This document shows, piece after piece, positions 52,652-61,708 of a stretch of DNA of 64,000 bases. A program made the translations under genes and the position numbers. How positions within the stretch are numbered: position 1 is the first letter of the stretch; each line of letters starts with the position of its first letter. The DNA comes from an uncultured Saccharicrinis sp. (GTDB lineage Bacteria > Bacteroidota > Bacteroidia > Bacteroidales > Marinilabiliaceae). Location of the stretch: the NCBI GenBank assembly GCA_963675435.1, contig OY776216.1, positions 4,518,082-4,582,081 on the forward strand, read 5' to 3'. Below the pieces are notes generated by a model that was given only the letters and a program-made list of their open reading frames with translations, did not search any database and was not told the origin of the DNA.

Positions 52652-52749
52652 TGGGATAACGTCCCCGAATTGTAAGCACATTGGCAAGTCGCACAAACAG
52701 CCCACAAGCCAAAACTTGCCAAAGAGCTTACAATGCCAACCCAATCTTA

Positions 52750-52775
52750 CCGCCTGAGAGGGCGGTTTGAGTTTT
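52750..52775 (+). terminator. Rho-independent terminator
   Basis: CCGCC-TGAGAG-GGCGG followed by TTTGAGTTTT. Confidence 0.55.
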
Positions 52776-52842
52776 CCCCACGCACAAACAAAATAAAAGC
52801 TCATGATTCAAGGTGAGAGCAGTCAGAAGAATAAAAAGCCCA

Positions 52843-52979
52843 GTTGCTAACATGCCATAATAAAAAATAGCGCAGGCAGTGATTTTAGGAGGTTTTGAAT
52901 TAATAATTATCTTTATCACAGTCAGCAAGGAAAGTGCTGCGAATTGCGCTACTTTTCATATGGCAAGACCGTTATGGGC
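52843..52979 (+). other. attC-like site A (about 135 bp imperfect palindrome)
   Basis: R'' is GTTGCTAAC. L'' ATGCCATAATAAAAAATAGCGC pairs with L' GCGCTACTTTTCATATGGCA. R' is GTTATGGGC. Confidence 0.7.
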
Positions 52980-53013
52980 AATATCATGAGCGCCACGAAT
53001 AAAACATAAAAAA

Positions 53014-53667
53014 ATGAAATACGACAAAGAAAAGTACAAGATTTGGAACTGGAAAAGTCCTGTGATATTGCATTGGATAATAAATCCTGGATTTGTAATT
53101 AATGAGTTGATTTTAGGGCAGACTATCCCGAAAGTAATGTTAATAGAACGGGAAGGGAAAAAGCCTTTTTATCAACGCTCGTTAGTACCATGTCCTCACT
53201 GTGGAGAATTACATTCAGGGTTAAAGTATTCTGCAGCGAACAAGACAGCATTTAAAAACTGGTTTGGTTTTTACTGTGACAATTGCAAAGAAATAATTCC
53301 AGTACAGAGAAATCTGACTTCATTCATTATATTGACAATTACTTTTCCTATTTGGGGATGGTTTAAACAAACAATAAAACAAAAGTGGTTAGACAAACAA
53401 CCTGAAAGATATAAAAACTTGAATCTTGAAATTATTGAAAAGAAAAATACAACGAAGAATTGGTTAAAATCAGGACTTTTCTTAGGACTATTCATGTTTA
53501 TTGCAATGCAAATTATTTTCCCATTAATTAAGAGTGAGGAAATTACTAAGAAAAATATTTTGATTGGAATACCATTATGGCTTATTTGCGGACTTGTTTG
53601 GGGATTAACTATGAAATGGTGGATGAATAAAAGGGGAAAAGAAAATACAGCCCATAACAATGCATAA
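53014..53667 (+). CDS. Cassette ORF: membrane protein with an internal zinc-ribbon (CPHC...CDNC)
   Basis: 217 aa. The attC R'' box GCCCATAAC lies inside its last codons. Confidence 0.5.
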   Translation: MKYDKEKYKIWNWKSPVILHWIINPGFVINELILGQTIPKVMLIEREGKKPFYQRSLVPCPHCGELHSGLKYSAANKTAFKNWFGFYCDNCKEIIPVQRNLTSFIILTITFPIWGWFKQTIKQKWLDKQPERYKNLNLEIIEKKNTTKNWLKSGLFLGLFMFIAMQIIFPLIKSEEITKKNILIGIPLWLICGLVWGLTMKWWMNKRGKENTAHNNA

Positions 53668-53847
53668 TAAGGCATGTGGGGAACCGTGATTCGCGTGCGG
53701 TGGTGATTTCTATTTGCCCGCCTAATGCTTTAAAAGTTACTTTGTGTTGTTAAATAAGTCCCTTGTAAAAGCATTAGGCTCAGTGAGGTTTGGGAAAGGG
53801 CGACAATTTCAATCCCCACACAGCCTCATATGCGAGCCGTTGTGGCC
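53650..53847 (+). other. attC-like site B (about 195 bp)
   Basis: GCCCATAAC-AATGCATAATAAGGCATGTGGGGA... pairs with ...TCCCCACACAGCCTCATATGCGAGCC-GTTGTGGCC. The internal arms CCGCCTAATGCTTT and AAAGCATTAGGC also pair. Confidence 0.7.
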
Positions 53848-53949
53848 AATTATACCTATTCTAGAGAAATTGAATTTTTCACTTAGTAAATACTAATGTC
53901 TATTATTGGTCGAGACTATATTATTAATAACATAACTTGAATAATTAGT

Positions 53950-54507
53950 ATGATTAAAATAAATGAATATAAATTATCCTCTTCAATATTATTTAGCTGT
54001 ATTATATTGATAGTGTCGGCAGTGTCATGTTTAAATAAGAATAGAGTAAGGAAATATACAGAGGAAGAGGAAAAGTTTAAGGCAGTTGTAATCAAATCTT
54101 GTGATAATTCTATAGCTAATGAAGGTTTTAAGATAGACAGTAAGTTGCTGTATGGACAATGGGAAGAATCTATAGTGTGGGTGCAGAATCAAGATTTAAC
54201 AAGAACAGGAATTAGATATATTTATCTTCGCTCTGAATATGAATTTATTAATAATGCACATTTTGGTTCGAAATTTTTTTTCAAAGATTCTTTGCTTGAT
54301 CTATATGTTGGGAAATTTAAACTTATAGAAGAGGGGACTAAAATAGAAATTATGAGCAATCTTAGAAATGATTTTGATTTTAAGAATGGAGATACTATTA
54401 GACAAGCAATTCATCGGGTTCATTTATTAAATGATTCTATATTAAGAATTGAGGAAGATCCTCGATCATGCAGGAGTGGGACAATAGTAGAATATAGAAG
54501 AAAATAA
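53950..54507 (+). CDS. Cassette ORF: hypothetical secreted/lipoprotein-like protein
   Basis: 185 aa with an N-terminal hydrophobic segment ending VSAVSC. Confidence 0.45.
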   Translation: MIKINEYKLSSSILFSCIILIVSAVSCLNKNRVRKYTEEEEKFKAVVIKSCDNSIANEGFKIDSKLLYGQWEESIVWVQNQDLTRTGIRYIYLRSEYEFINNAHFGSKFFFKDSLLDLYVGKFKLIEEGTKIEIMSNLRNDFDFKNGDTIRQAIHRVHLLNDSILRIEEDPRSCRSGTIVEYRRK

Positions 54508-54817
54508 CAGGCCACAACACTTAGAATATAATTAATCACGAACTGCCCAAAAAAGTCCCATCAAACCATCAGAGTGATTCATTATATTTGTTGTTGAACG
54601 GAACCGGGATAAGCGAGCCCATTGTATGGGGATTGATATGAAATGGGTCTTTCATTTATGCTTGGTAAGCATAAAACTCCAAAGTTAAAACAGAAAGTTT
54701 GGGTAAAAAATCATTAAAATAAAGAGTTAAAACCACCTCAATGTATAAATCGACAGTTGATTTAGCTCTTTTTGTTGGTTATAAGACATACCTTTCCCAT
54801 TACACCAAAGGCGGCGT

Positions 54818-56026
54818 TTATGATATAGAGGCAGATTGAGTTGATTTTGTATTTTTTATTGAGTTGGGACTACCTCTGATAGCCGGCTTAAAAGAGGCTA
54901 TACGTTGCATGGTGCCTTGTTTACATTTTGGGCATTGATCGTGAGGATGGCCAAAAAGCAGCACAAATAATTCCTTCCAAGGGATCCCTTTTTTAGATTC
55001 CGGGGAGCAAGCATTAAATATTTTCCGGATGATCTCTAAGCACAGTTTCTTTTTAGAGGAACCTAGAAACCCATAATGCCTTATTTTCATAAAAGCGGGA
55101 GGAAGTATATGCATGGAAAGTCTTCGCAGAAACTCAAAATAAGAAAGATGCATCACATCCACTTTAGCGTTTTTGTAGTTGAGCCACGAAAAATACACAT
55201 TATTATCATCCAGGCTTTTAATACGCTGGTTACTAATTGCAACTCTATGAGTATACCTAGCCAAGTATTCCAGCACTTGCTTAGAATTGTGCATGGGTAA
55301 TTTAGCATATACCACCCATTTATTTTTATAAAAAGGATGCAGGTATTTACGCTCTGGTTCAAAAGTAGTTTTTAAAGTAATGGTTCCCTTATTGTGTAAG
55401 TCCATCAGGTAATCGCAAAACTTACCTCTAAAAACAGCACTTAAGGCTTTAACAGGATATAAAAACTTACCTTTACTTTTTGTATTTTTCCATTTGTTTT
55501 GAGGGGTTAAACCACCGCCCGGCACAATGCAATGTACATGTGGATGAAAAACCAGGTTTTGTCCCCAGGTATGCAAAATGGCAATCATACCGGTTTGAGC
55601 GCCCAAATGTTTATAATCCAGAGCAAACTGTTTAATGGTATCCCATGCTGCCCTAAAAAGTACATTGTACATATCTCTGGGATGATCTATAAACAAAGGA
55701 TTTAGCTGTTCGGGAACGGTAAATACCACATGAAAATATTTGATGGGTAAAAGATCTGATTCTCGATCTATCAGCCACCTTTCCTTTTTCAGACCATTAC
55801 ATTTAGGGCAGTGCCTGTCTCTGCAACTATTGTATGAATATTGCTCATGACCACATTCTGAGTTGTTACATTTATCCTGATGATAGCCTAGAGCAGCCGT
55901 TCTGCAATTTCCCAGGTTTGTAAACACCTTTTTCTTATGCGCATTTAAATGTCCGGCCTCAATCACACTGTGTTTATGATCCCTGATAATAGCACCAATA
56001 TCAAATATGGGTTTACTATAGCTCAT
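54818..56026 (-). CDS. IS91-family (rolling-circle, HUH Y2) transposase with an N-terminal zinc-binding domain
   Basis: 402 aa with the cysteine cluster CRDRHCPKC, the HUH motif HPHVHCIVPGGG and YLARYTHRVAIS (Y2 region). Confidence 0.88.
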   Translation of the reverse strand: MSYSKPIFDIGAIIRDHKHSVIEAGHLNAHKKKVFTNLGNCRTAALGYHQDKCNNSECGHEQYSYNSCRDRHCPKCNGLKKERWLIDRESDLLPIKYFHVVFTVPEQLNPLFIDHPRDMYNVLFRAAWDTIKQFALDYKHLGAQTGMIAILHTWGQNLVFHPHVHCIVPGGGLTPQNKWKNTKSKGKFLYPVKALSAVFRGKFCDYLMDLHNKGTITLKTTFEPERKYLHPFYKNKWVVYAKLPMHNSKQVLEYLARYTHRVAISNQRIKSLDDNNVYFSWLNYKNAKVDVMHLSYFEFLRRLSMHILPPAFMKIRHYGFLGSSKKKLCLEIIRKIFNACSPESKKGIPWKELFVLLFGHPHDQCPKCKQGTMQRIASFKPAIRGSPNSIKNTKSTQSASIS

Positions 56027-56850
56027 CGTTGCAGCCTGTCTAAAGGCGAAATCATAGGGTTTGATTTTAGGTTGTTGCTAATTTGCAGGTATACCATGGT
56101 GGTTCTGATATCATCGTGCCCCATCATTTTTTGTATAGACACAATGTCAACGCCAATTGCCAACAAGTGTGATGCAAAAGCATGTCTCAAAGAGTGAGGT
56201 GTAAAGTGCTTTTCAATGCCAGACCTATCCAGAGCATATTGAAAACCCCACTTTACAGCCTCGTCGCTATAAGGTTTACCTTTATACCTGCCATTAAATA
56301 AATATACCTGCGGTTTAAATTGATGTAAATAGTGCTTTATTTCAGGAATGAGTGATTGGGCCAAAACAGCGTATCTGTCTTTATTGCCTTTACTGTCTTT
56401 AATATAAATACGATGGTTTTTAAAATCGAGATGCTCAATTTTAAGGTTGATAATCTCACTTTTGCGCAAACCAGCTGAATAAATAACTTTTAGTAATAGT
56501 CTGTGCTTTGGACTTATGGCAGCATTAAATAATTGCAGCAGTTCTTTCCCGGTAGGGATCAAGGGTAGATACTTTGTAGCTTTAGGGTAAGGTACATCAG
56601 AAATAATATCAATGCGCTTATACACGCTTTTATACATAAAACGCAGCCCCTGTAAGTAATTTCTGATGGTAGACCGACTCAGCTTTTGATCGTTTTTAAG
56701 ATACAGCAGAAACTCATATATTTCCATTTCCGAAAGCTCATCAGGTAGCTTACCGGAAAATAAGCAGAGTAGCTTAGTAGAACGCATATAATTAGCAATT
56801 GAGCTATTAGAAAAATGCGCTACTTCCATTCTTACATGCAGATTGTGCAA
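56023..56850 (-). CDS. Tyrosine recombinase (Xer-like), translationally coupled to the IS91-like transposase
   Basis: 275 aa from a TTG start. Motifs: AGLRKSE (Arg I), KGNKDR, HSLRHAFASHLL, MMGH, MVYLQ (Tyr). The frame continues open a further 14 codons upstream of the TTG. A nearby ATG is one frame off across an A8 tract. Confidence 0.85.
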   Translation of the reverse strand: MHNLHVRMEVAHFSNSSIANYMRSTKLLCLFSGKLPDELSEMEIYEFLLYLKNDQKLSRSTIRNYLQGLRFMYKSVYKRIDIISDVPYPKATKYLPLIPTGKELLQLFNAAISPKHRLLLKVIYSAGLRKSEIINLKIEHLDFKNHRIYIKDSKGNKDRYAVLAQSLIPEIKHYLHQFKPQVYLFNGRYKGKPYSDEAVKWGFQYALDRSGIEKHFTPHSLRHAFASHLLAIGVDIVSIQKMMGHDDIRTTMVYLQISNNLKSNPMISPLDRLQR

Positions 56851-57114
56851 TAATGCCTCAACACTCTTTGGTGTTGTTAAACTTTTTTTTCATCTTTAAT
56901 CAGTTTATTAAAATTGAAATACAAAGATGCGGTATTTTACCGTCAAAACCTCGTTGTCTACCGACGTAGGAGGTTTAGTTCAACATTTTGTATAAGTAAT
57001 GGCAGGTAATGTAGTAAATATCAAGGTTTGTAGCCCGCTCAAACTGCGCAGAAGTTTGCTAGTAAACTACCACGCAATCTGCCACTACTCATACAATTTA
57101 CCGTTAGCAGCTAT

Positions 57115-57648
57115 GTGAAAATGAAAATGAAAGCAAATATTATAATTATACTTATAATTTTAACTACAACAATTTCTTGTAAAACAAATAAAGAAATCAC
57201 AGGAAAATATCGTACAAATTTTCCAAGTTTAGGTTTTTTTATGACAGTGATTGATTTGAATCCAGATCAAACTTTTCATTTTATATTTTCAGGAGATTTA
57301 ACACATACGGAATTAGACGGAATTTATAAAATAAATAAACAGAATCTTTATCTTAGATTTAATAAATTAAAAGAAGAATATAATCCTCTTGTTTTTGGAA
57401 CTAAAGAAAATCCAGATACTATTTTAAATTTTGAAGATTGGCAGAATTCTCATAGTTATGACTTAAAAAATGAGAAAGGAATAGATTATCACTTAAAATA
57501 TAAAATTGGAAATGATAAACTTAAAATATACCATATTGAAAAAGGAAAAATAGTTCACAGAGCAAAGTGGTACACGGACAGAAAAAGATTTATTCTTTTA
57601 GGTCCAAATTATAAAAAGAAAAAATGGTATTTGAAAAAAATAGAATAA
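57115..57648 (+). CDS. Cassette ORF: hypothetical lipoprotein
   Basis: 177 aa (GTG 57115 or ATG 57121), with the signal IIILIILTTTISC. Confidence 0.5.
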   Translation: MKMKMKANIIIILIILTTTISCKTNKEITGKYRTNFPSLGFFMTVIDLNPDQTFHFIFSGDLTHTELDGIYKINKQNLYLRFNKLKEEYNPLVFGTKENPDTILNFEDWQNSHSYDLKNEKGIDYHLKYKIGNDKLKIYHIEKGKIVHRAKWYTDRKRFILLGPNYKKKKWYLKKIE

Positions 57649-57654
57649 ACCACA

Positions 57655-57848
57655 GCTGCTAACATCGTATAAATTCAATGCTGCCAATTAGTTACGTGGT
57701 ATTATCTACAAGTAATAAGCTCCGCTAATTTTATTTCCTTGCGGAAAGAAAATTTGCTAAATTGGTGCAAACAAATAAAATTAGCTATTTGCAAAATTGG
57801 AACGGTATTCTTTCAAATACGCACTGAAATTTATACACACGTAAGGGG
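57655..57848 (+). other. attC-like site D (about 190 bp)
   Basis: GCTGCTAAC-ATCGTATAAATTCAATG... pairs with ...CACTGAAATTTATACACAC-GTAAGGGG. The R' is degenerate, GTA instead of GTT. Confidence 0.6.
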
Positions 57849-57850
57849 TA

Positions 57851-58027
57851 ATTCCCCCTATAAACCTATAGGATTGATTTAAAATAAAGGTAATCAATCT
57901 TTTTAAGGCTAATTGATTTCTGAAGCTAACGTAAAACAGGCCAGCTGGAATTAGCTGAAAAATGACAATTGAGAGAAAATTATAAACAACTGAATATTAG
58001 TGACTATTCTTTACGTTAGTCAGAATT
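57851..58027 (+). repeat. ~180-bp repeat family 'P2', copy 1
   Basis: Shares CCCCTATAA(A/G)CCTA(T/G)AGGATTGATTT...AATCAATC...TTGATTTCTGAAGC(T/G)AACGTAAAA...TTTACGTTAGTCAGAAT with the copies at 58749 and 61503. Confidence 0.8.
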
Positions 58028-58065
58028 TCGCAAAAAATAATATAATCAGTAAGTAAAATATAGTT

Positions 58066-58608
58066 ATGAGGACAATATCATTAATTACTTTGATTTTAAC
58101 GATAATACTTGGATTGAGTTGCCAAATGAATAAGTCGAATCGTAAGATTGAAGTGAACGGATCAGATTTTAGTATCAAAACAACATCTACGGATAAAATA
58201 AATTCTCAAAAATATGGCGACCAATACACGACAGAGTCAACTTATGTGTCTGAATTACATAAAGACTCGCTAGCAAATATCATGAATATTTATTCTGTTT
58301 ATATCAAGATTTATGGTTTTCAAAAAGATATTATCGACACATTAAAGCAAAAAGATTTTGAGAAAGTCTTACCAAATTCAAGCACAATCAAACCAGACAA
58401 AATTACAAAAATCAAATTAAAAGAGATGATTGTCACACCTGACACTGAAACCATAAAACTTAAATACCAACTTGATAATTCCGATTATAGACATTTTATT
58501 GAATATGATTTACATATTTCAGAATCTATAATACTTAATAAACAACTTAATTATCTAAAATCTACGAAATATAAAGATACATCAACTTTAGAAATAGAAG
58601 TAAATTAA
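58066..58608 (+). CDS. Cassette ORF: hypothetical lipoprotein
   Basis: 180 aa with the signal LILTIILGLSC. Confidence 0.5.
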   Translation: MRTISLITLILTIILGLSCQMNKSNRKIEVNGSDFSIKTTSTDKINSQKYGDQYTTESTYVSELHKDSLANIMNIYSVYIKIYGFQKDIIDTLKQKDFEKVLPNSSTIKPDKITKIKLKEMIVTPDTETIKLKYQLDNSDYRHFIEYDLHISESIILNKQLNYLKSTKYKDTSTLEIEVN

Positions 58609-58614
58609 GAACTA

Positions 58615-58747
58615 CCCCTAACACGCAATAAATTTCAAGTGGCAGTGTTTATAATTAGTATGTTACGCTATTTCTATGGAGTAAGTATCAGCAGAAAGTA
58701 ATGCAGTTTCTAACGCCACCCGTAAATTTATCGCAAACGTTATGGGC
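58615..58747 (+). other. attC-like site E (about 130 bp)
   Basis: CCCCTAAC-ACGCAATAAATTTCAAGTGGCAG... pairs with ...CCCGTAAATTTATCGCAAAC-GTTATGGGC. Confidence 0.7.
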
Positions 58748-58748
58748 A

Positions 58749-58925
58749 ATTCCCCCTATAAGCCTAGAGGATTGATTTTGAAATAAGGTAATCAATCTCT
58801 TAAAGGTTTATTGATTTCTGAAGCGAACGTAAAAATGGTTAGCAGAAATGAGCAGAAAAATGATAAATTTGACTAAAATATAAACTACTGAATATCAGGG
58901 GGTAATTTTTACGTTAGTCAGAATT
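58749..58925 (+). repeat. P2 repeat, copy 2
   Basis: See copy 1. It begins 2 bp after the attC R' box. Confidence 0.8.
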
Positions 58926-59318
58926 ATCCTAAATGTCTGTTAGGATAAAAAAAATCAGCTTTGCAAGCTTATAAATTATCTAGGAAATGTAAACTATTAA
59001 ATTTGATATTAATTAACGTGCATTAAAGTGTTTAATTTCTATTGTTAATCTAAAATGTAGAAAAGGAAACTGTTGAATAAAAAAAAGAGAGAAATATAAC
59101 TAACACAAATAGTGGCATTTATTGGGATTATGGACGATTCTTAAAAATCTTTTATCGATTACAAAAAATAGGATCTAAAATAGGAAGTTTAAATATTACT
59201 AATCTAAATCATACGAAAGGTTTGACACAGGGCTGACCTCCCACTGTAAAAGAAATATGAGATTTAAATCCTTAAGAAATCATACTAAATATTTAGGCAA
59301 GATTTCCGAAATGCGAAA

Positions 59319-59783
59319 ATGAGTATTTTATTTAAAATAAAAAATGAAACGATGACAAATCAAACAGAAACACAAGAGAAAGAATTATATAAAGATAATT
59401 CAGTACGGATAACAGATAGAAGGTATGTAACGCCCTCATCAACATATTTTTTAAGAAATATTTCAAGCACGTACCTATCAACATTTCGACTAGAAGATGC
59501 AAGACCAATTTCAGCATGGACTATGGTCCCTGCACTAATGGGAACAATATTTGGTATTCTAATTATTAGTTTTGATGGCAGTATTTTACTAGGAGGAGCT
59601 ATAACAGTAGCTGCGATTTTTTTACTAGTTAAAGCAGTAAAAATGATTATATCTGACATGAAGCGTGTAGCAGTCACTTTAGATACAAATGGTGGTACAG
59701 TAAGAACAATTGTAACAAATGATCATGCATATGCTAATAAAATTGTGAATTTGATAAATGAGGCAATAGCACTTAGTAATTGA
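59319..59783 (+). CDS. Cassette ORF: hypothetical membrane protein (two central TM helices)
   Basis: 154 aa. No family recognised with confidence. Confidence 0.45.
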   Translation: MSILFKIKNETMTNQTETQEKELYKDNSVRITDRRYVTPSSTYFLRNISSTYLSTFRLEDARPISAWTMVPALMGTIFGILIISFDGSILLGGAITVAAIFLLVKAVKMIISDMKRVAVTLDTNGGTVRTIVTNDHAYANKIVNLINEAIALSN

Positions 59784-59925
59784 TTTATTTTGTAAACATA
59801 GAGGCGGTTGCGATTCTTTTAATATTCTATTGAATACACATTCGGCTGGTAACCTTTATGAAAATAACTAATGTGGGAAAATCATCGTATTGATTGATGT
59901 GATGAAACAAAAAGCCCATAACAAA

Positions 59926-61216
59926 GAACTAAGGTAAAAACCAAATAAAAAGGGCATAATTTTTCCTTTTGAATTACCTAATTGTTTTGGGAGGCAAGTT
60001 CAAAAAGAGAAATTATAGAGAAACCAAAACAGACTTAAAATTTGGATCATATTTTAAGCCTGTTTTTGCAATCCCCATTGACTGGGCTAACAGTTTGTTA
60101 GAGACCGCAATTAAGGCTAATTTTTTTGATTTGCCTTTAGCTACCAGTCTGTCAAAAAGCGCTTTACATTGTGGGTTTCTGGTACATGCCGCAAAACTGC
60201 ACATAAACAAGAGCTTACGAATCAAAGGATTCCCTTTTTTAGATATTCTGGACTTTCCTCTTACACTGGATCCTGAAGTGAAAATGACCGGAGATAATCC
60301 AAGGAAAGCAGAAAGCTGTCGGTTGTTTTCAAATGTTTTGAAGCCATTTGTACAAACTATCAGCATTATGGCTGTTTTTTTACCTATCCCAGGAATTGAT
60401 AAAAGATTAGATAACAACTGTTGTTCATGCTTTTTAATAGTATCTTCTAATTCTTGTTCAAGTAGTTTAATTTCAGCTTCAATTTGGCGGATTTGACGCT
60501 TTAATGAAGTAATAACTTTACCTTTAATACCTTTATCCACAAAGCTATGTAATTTATTTTTTAGAGCTGTACTTTGTTTAAAATACAAGCTAATGGTAGT
60601 GTGTAAATCTTTACAATGTTCTATGTACTCAGGTAATGGATGCCACAGGTTCAGCTTTTGTTCCTGAGCATACTTAACAATCATTTTAGCATCACTTTTA
60701 TCTGTTTTATTGTGTTGGAGCTTCATTTTGAATGTAGCGTTTGATTACAAGCGGATTTATAACAGAAACAGCAATTTCATTTTCAAATAAAAATAGAGCT
60801 AGTTGGTTATAATAACATCCTGTATATTCCATGACACACCAGCTCTTGGCATCCAGTAACAGTAGAAACTTATTAAATCCTTCATCATTATTTGTAAACT
60901 GTTTATGTCCCAATTCAGAACTCCAGACATCAAATACTTTTTTGGAGATGTCGATACCAATAAAATGATTATTTTTATTCATAATTAAAAGATTTAAAAG
61001 AACGCAGCTACTTTAATATAGCAACCTAAAAACAGGCTTAAGAGGCCCAAAGAACTAATCGTATTTCAGTAGCGAAAGGGTGGGGATTTTCATTGTTGAC
61101 AAGCTTTATGCTTTATGCTTTATGTATATATTAACCTTAATCCACTCTTTCGTTCTTTTTTATTTGTATTGTAAGTTAATAAAAAGTAATATTTAGTATT
61201 GAAAAGTAAACTTAGG
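59926..61216 (-). mobile_element. IS110-family insertion sequence inserted in an attC-like site (boundaries inferred by alignment to the intact attC at 53650)
   Basis: The intact site reads GCCCATAACAATGCATAATAAGGCATGTGGGG. Here GCCCATAACAA (59914-59924) is separated from ATGCATATAAGTCATGTGGGG (61217-) by about 1.29 kb that encodes an IS110 transposase. Confidence 0.7.
60013..60982 (-). pseudogene. IS110-family (DEDD) transposase, split by a frameshift in an A4 run near 60707-60726
   Basis: The N-terminal ORF reads ...IGIDISKK...VMEYTGCYY...IKRYIQ. The second ORF starts MKLQHNKTDKSDAK and contains IPGIGKKTA. Removing one A restores ...RYIQMKLQHNKTDKSDA. Confidence 0.8.
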
Positions 61217-61502
61217 ATGCATATAAGTCATGTGGGGTGCAGGTGATTCGCTTAGGGTTGTGATTTCAATATGTCCGCCCATTGCTTTTAAATCGACACT
61301 TTCTTATTAATTTAGCCTATTGAAAAGCAATGAGCTAAGTGGGTTTTTGAGAGGTCGGACTATTTCAATCCCCACACGCCTCATATGCGTATCGTTGGGT
61401 TTCATTCCCCACATCCCACAGAAAAGCAGAATTAAATTCTTAAGCTAACGTGCAAATTTAAAGGGGATTGTGCAATTTAAAATTTGACGTTAGTCACAAT
61501 TC

Positions 61503-61675
61503 ATCCTATAAACCTAGAAGATTGATTTTAAGACAAGTTAATCAATCCCTTAAAGGTTTATTGATTTCTGAAGCGAACGTAAAAATACGAGCATTAAGAT
61601 GGATGAAATTTAAAGGAATTGACTAAAGTATAAATAACGGAATATCAACGACTAAAGTTTACGTTAGTCAGAATT
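61503..61675 (+). repeat. P2 repeat, copy 3
   Basis: See copy 1. It ends 34 bp before the ORF at 61709. Confidence 0.8.
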
Positions 61676-61708
61676 TAAAAGCATGACACATAATTTAGAA
61701 TATAAAGA

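Larger units (their letters stand above)
54519..57000 (-). mobile_element. IS91-like element carrying a Xer-like integrase plus a Y2 HUH transposase; the right boundary is uncertain
   Basis: The left boundary is defined by comparison with a second, highly similar copy (only a few differences over the shared ~495 bp) starting at 63506. Both begin ACTTAGAATATAATTAATCACG immediately after an attC ...AAC. A hairpin-rich ~300 bp lies downstream of the transposase. Confidence 0.7.

Noticed and set aside
52728-52928. 66-aa hydrophobic minus-strand ORF.
   Set aside because: It overlaps a terminator and the attC-like palindrome A, and runs against the uniform cassette orientation. It is most likely not a gene, though a small membrane peptide cannot be fully excluded.
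56023-56850. Calling this, or the 46408 remnant, a canonical integron integrase (IntI).
   Set aside because: The spacing between the KGNKDR hairpin and the HSLRH box is Xer-like (59 residues by my count). There is no room for the IntI-specific additional domain. The intact copy is cargo of an IS91-like element.
59969-60496. 175-aa plus-strand ORF.
   Set aside because: It is antisense to the IS110 transposase reading frame, which has clear family motifs.
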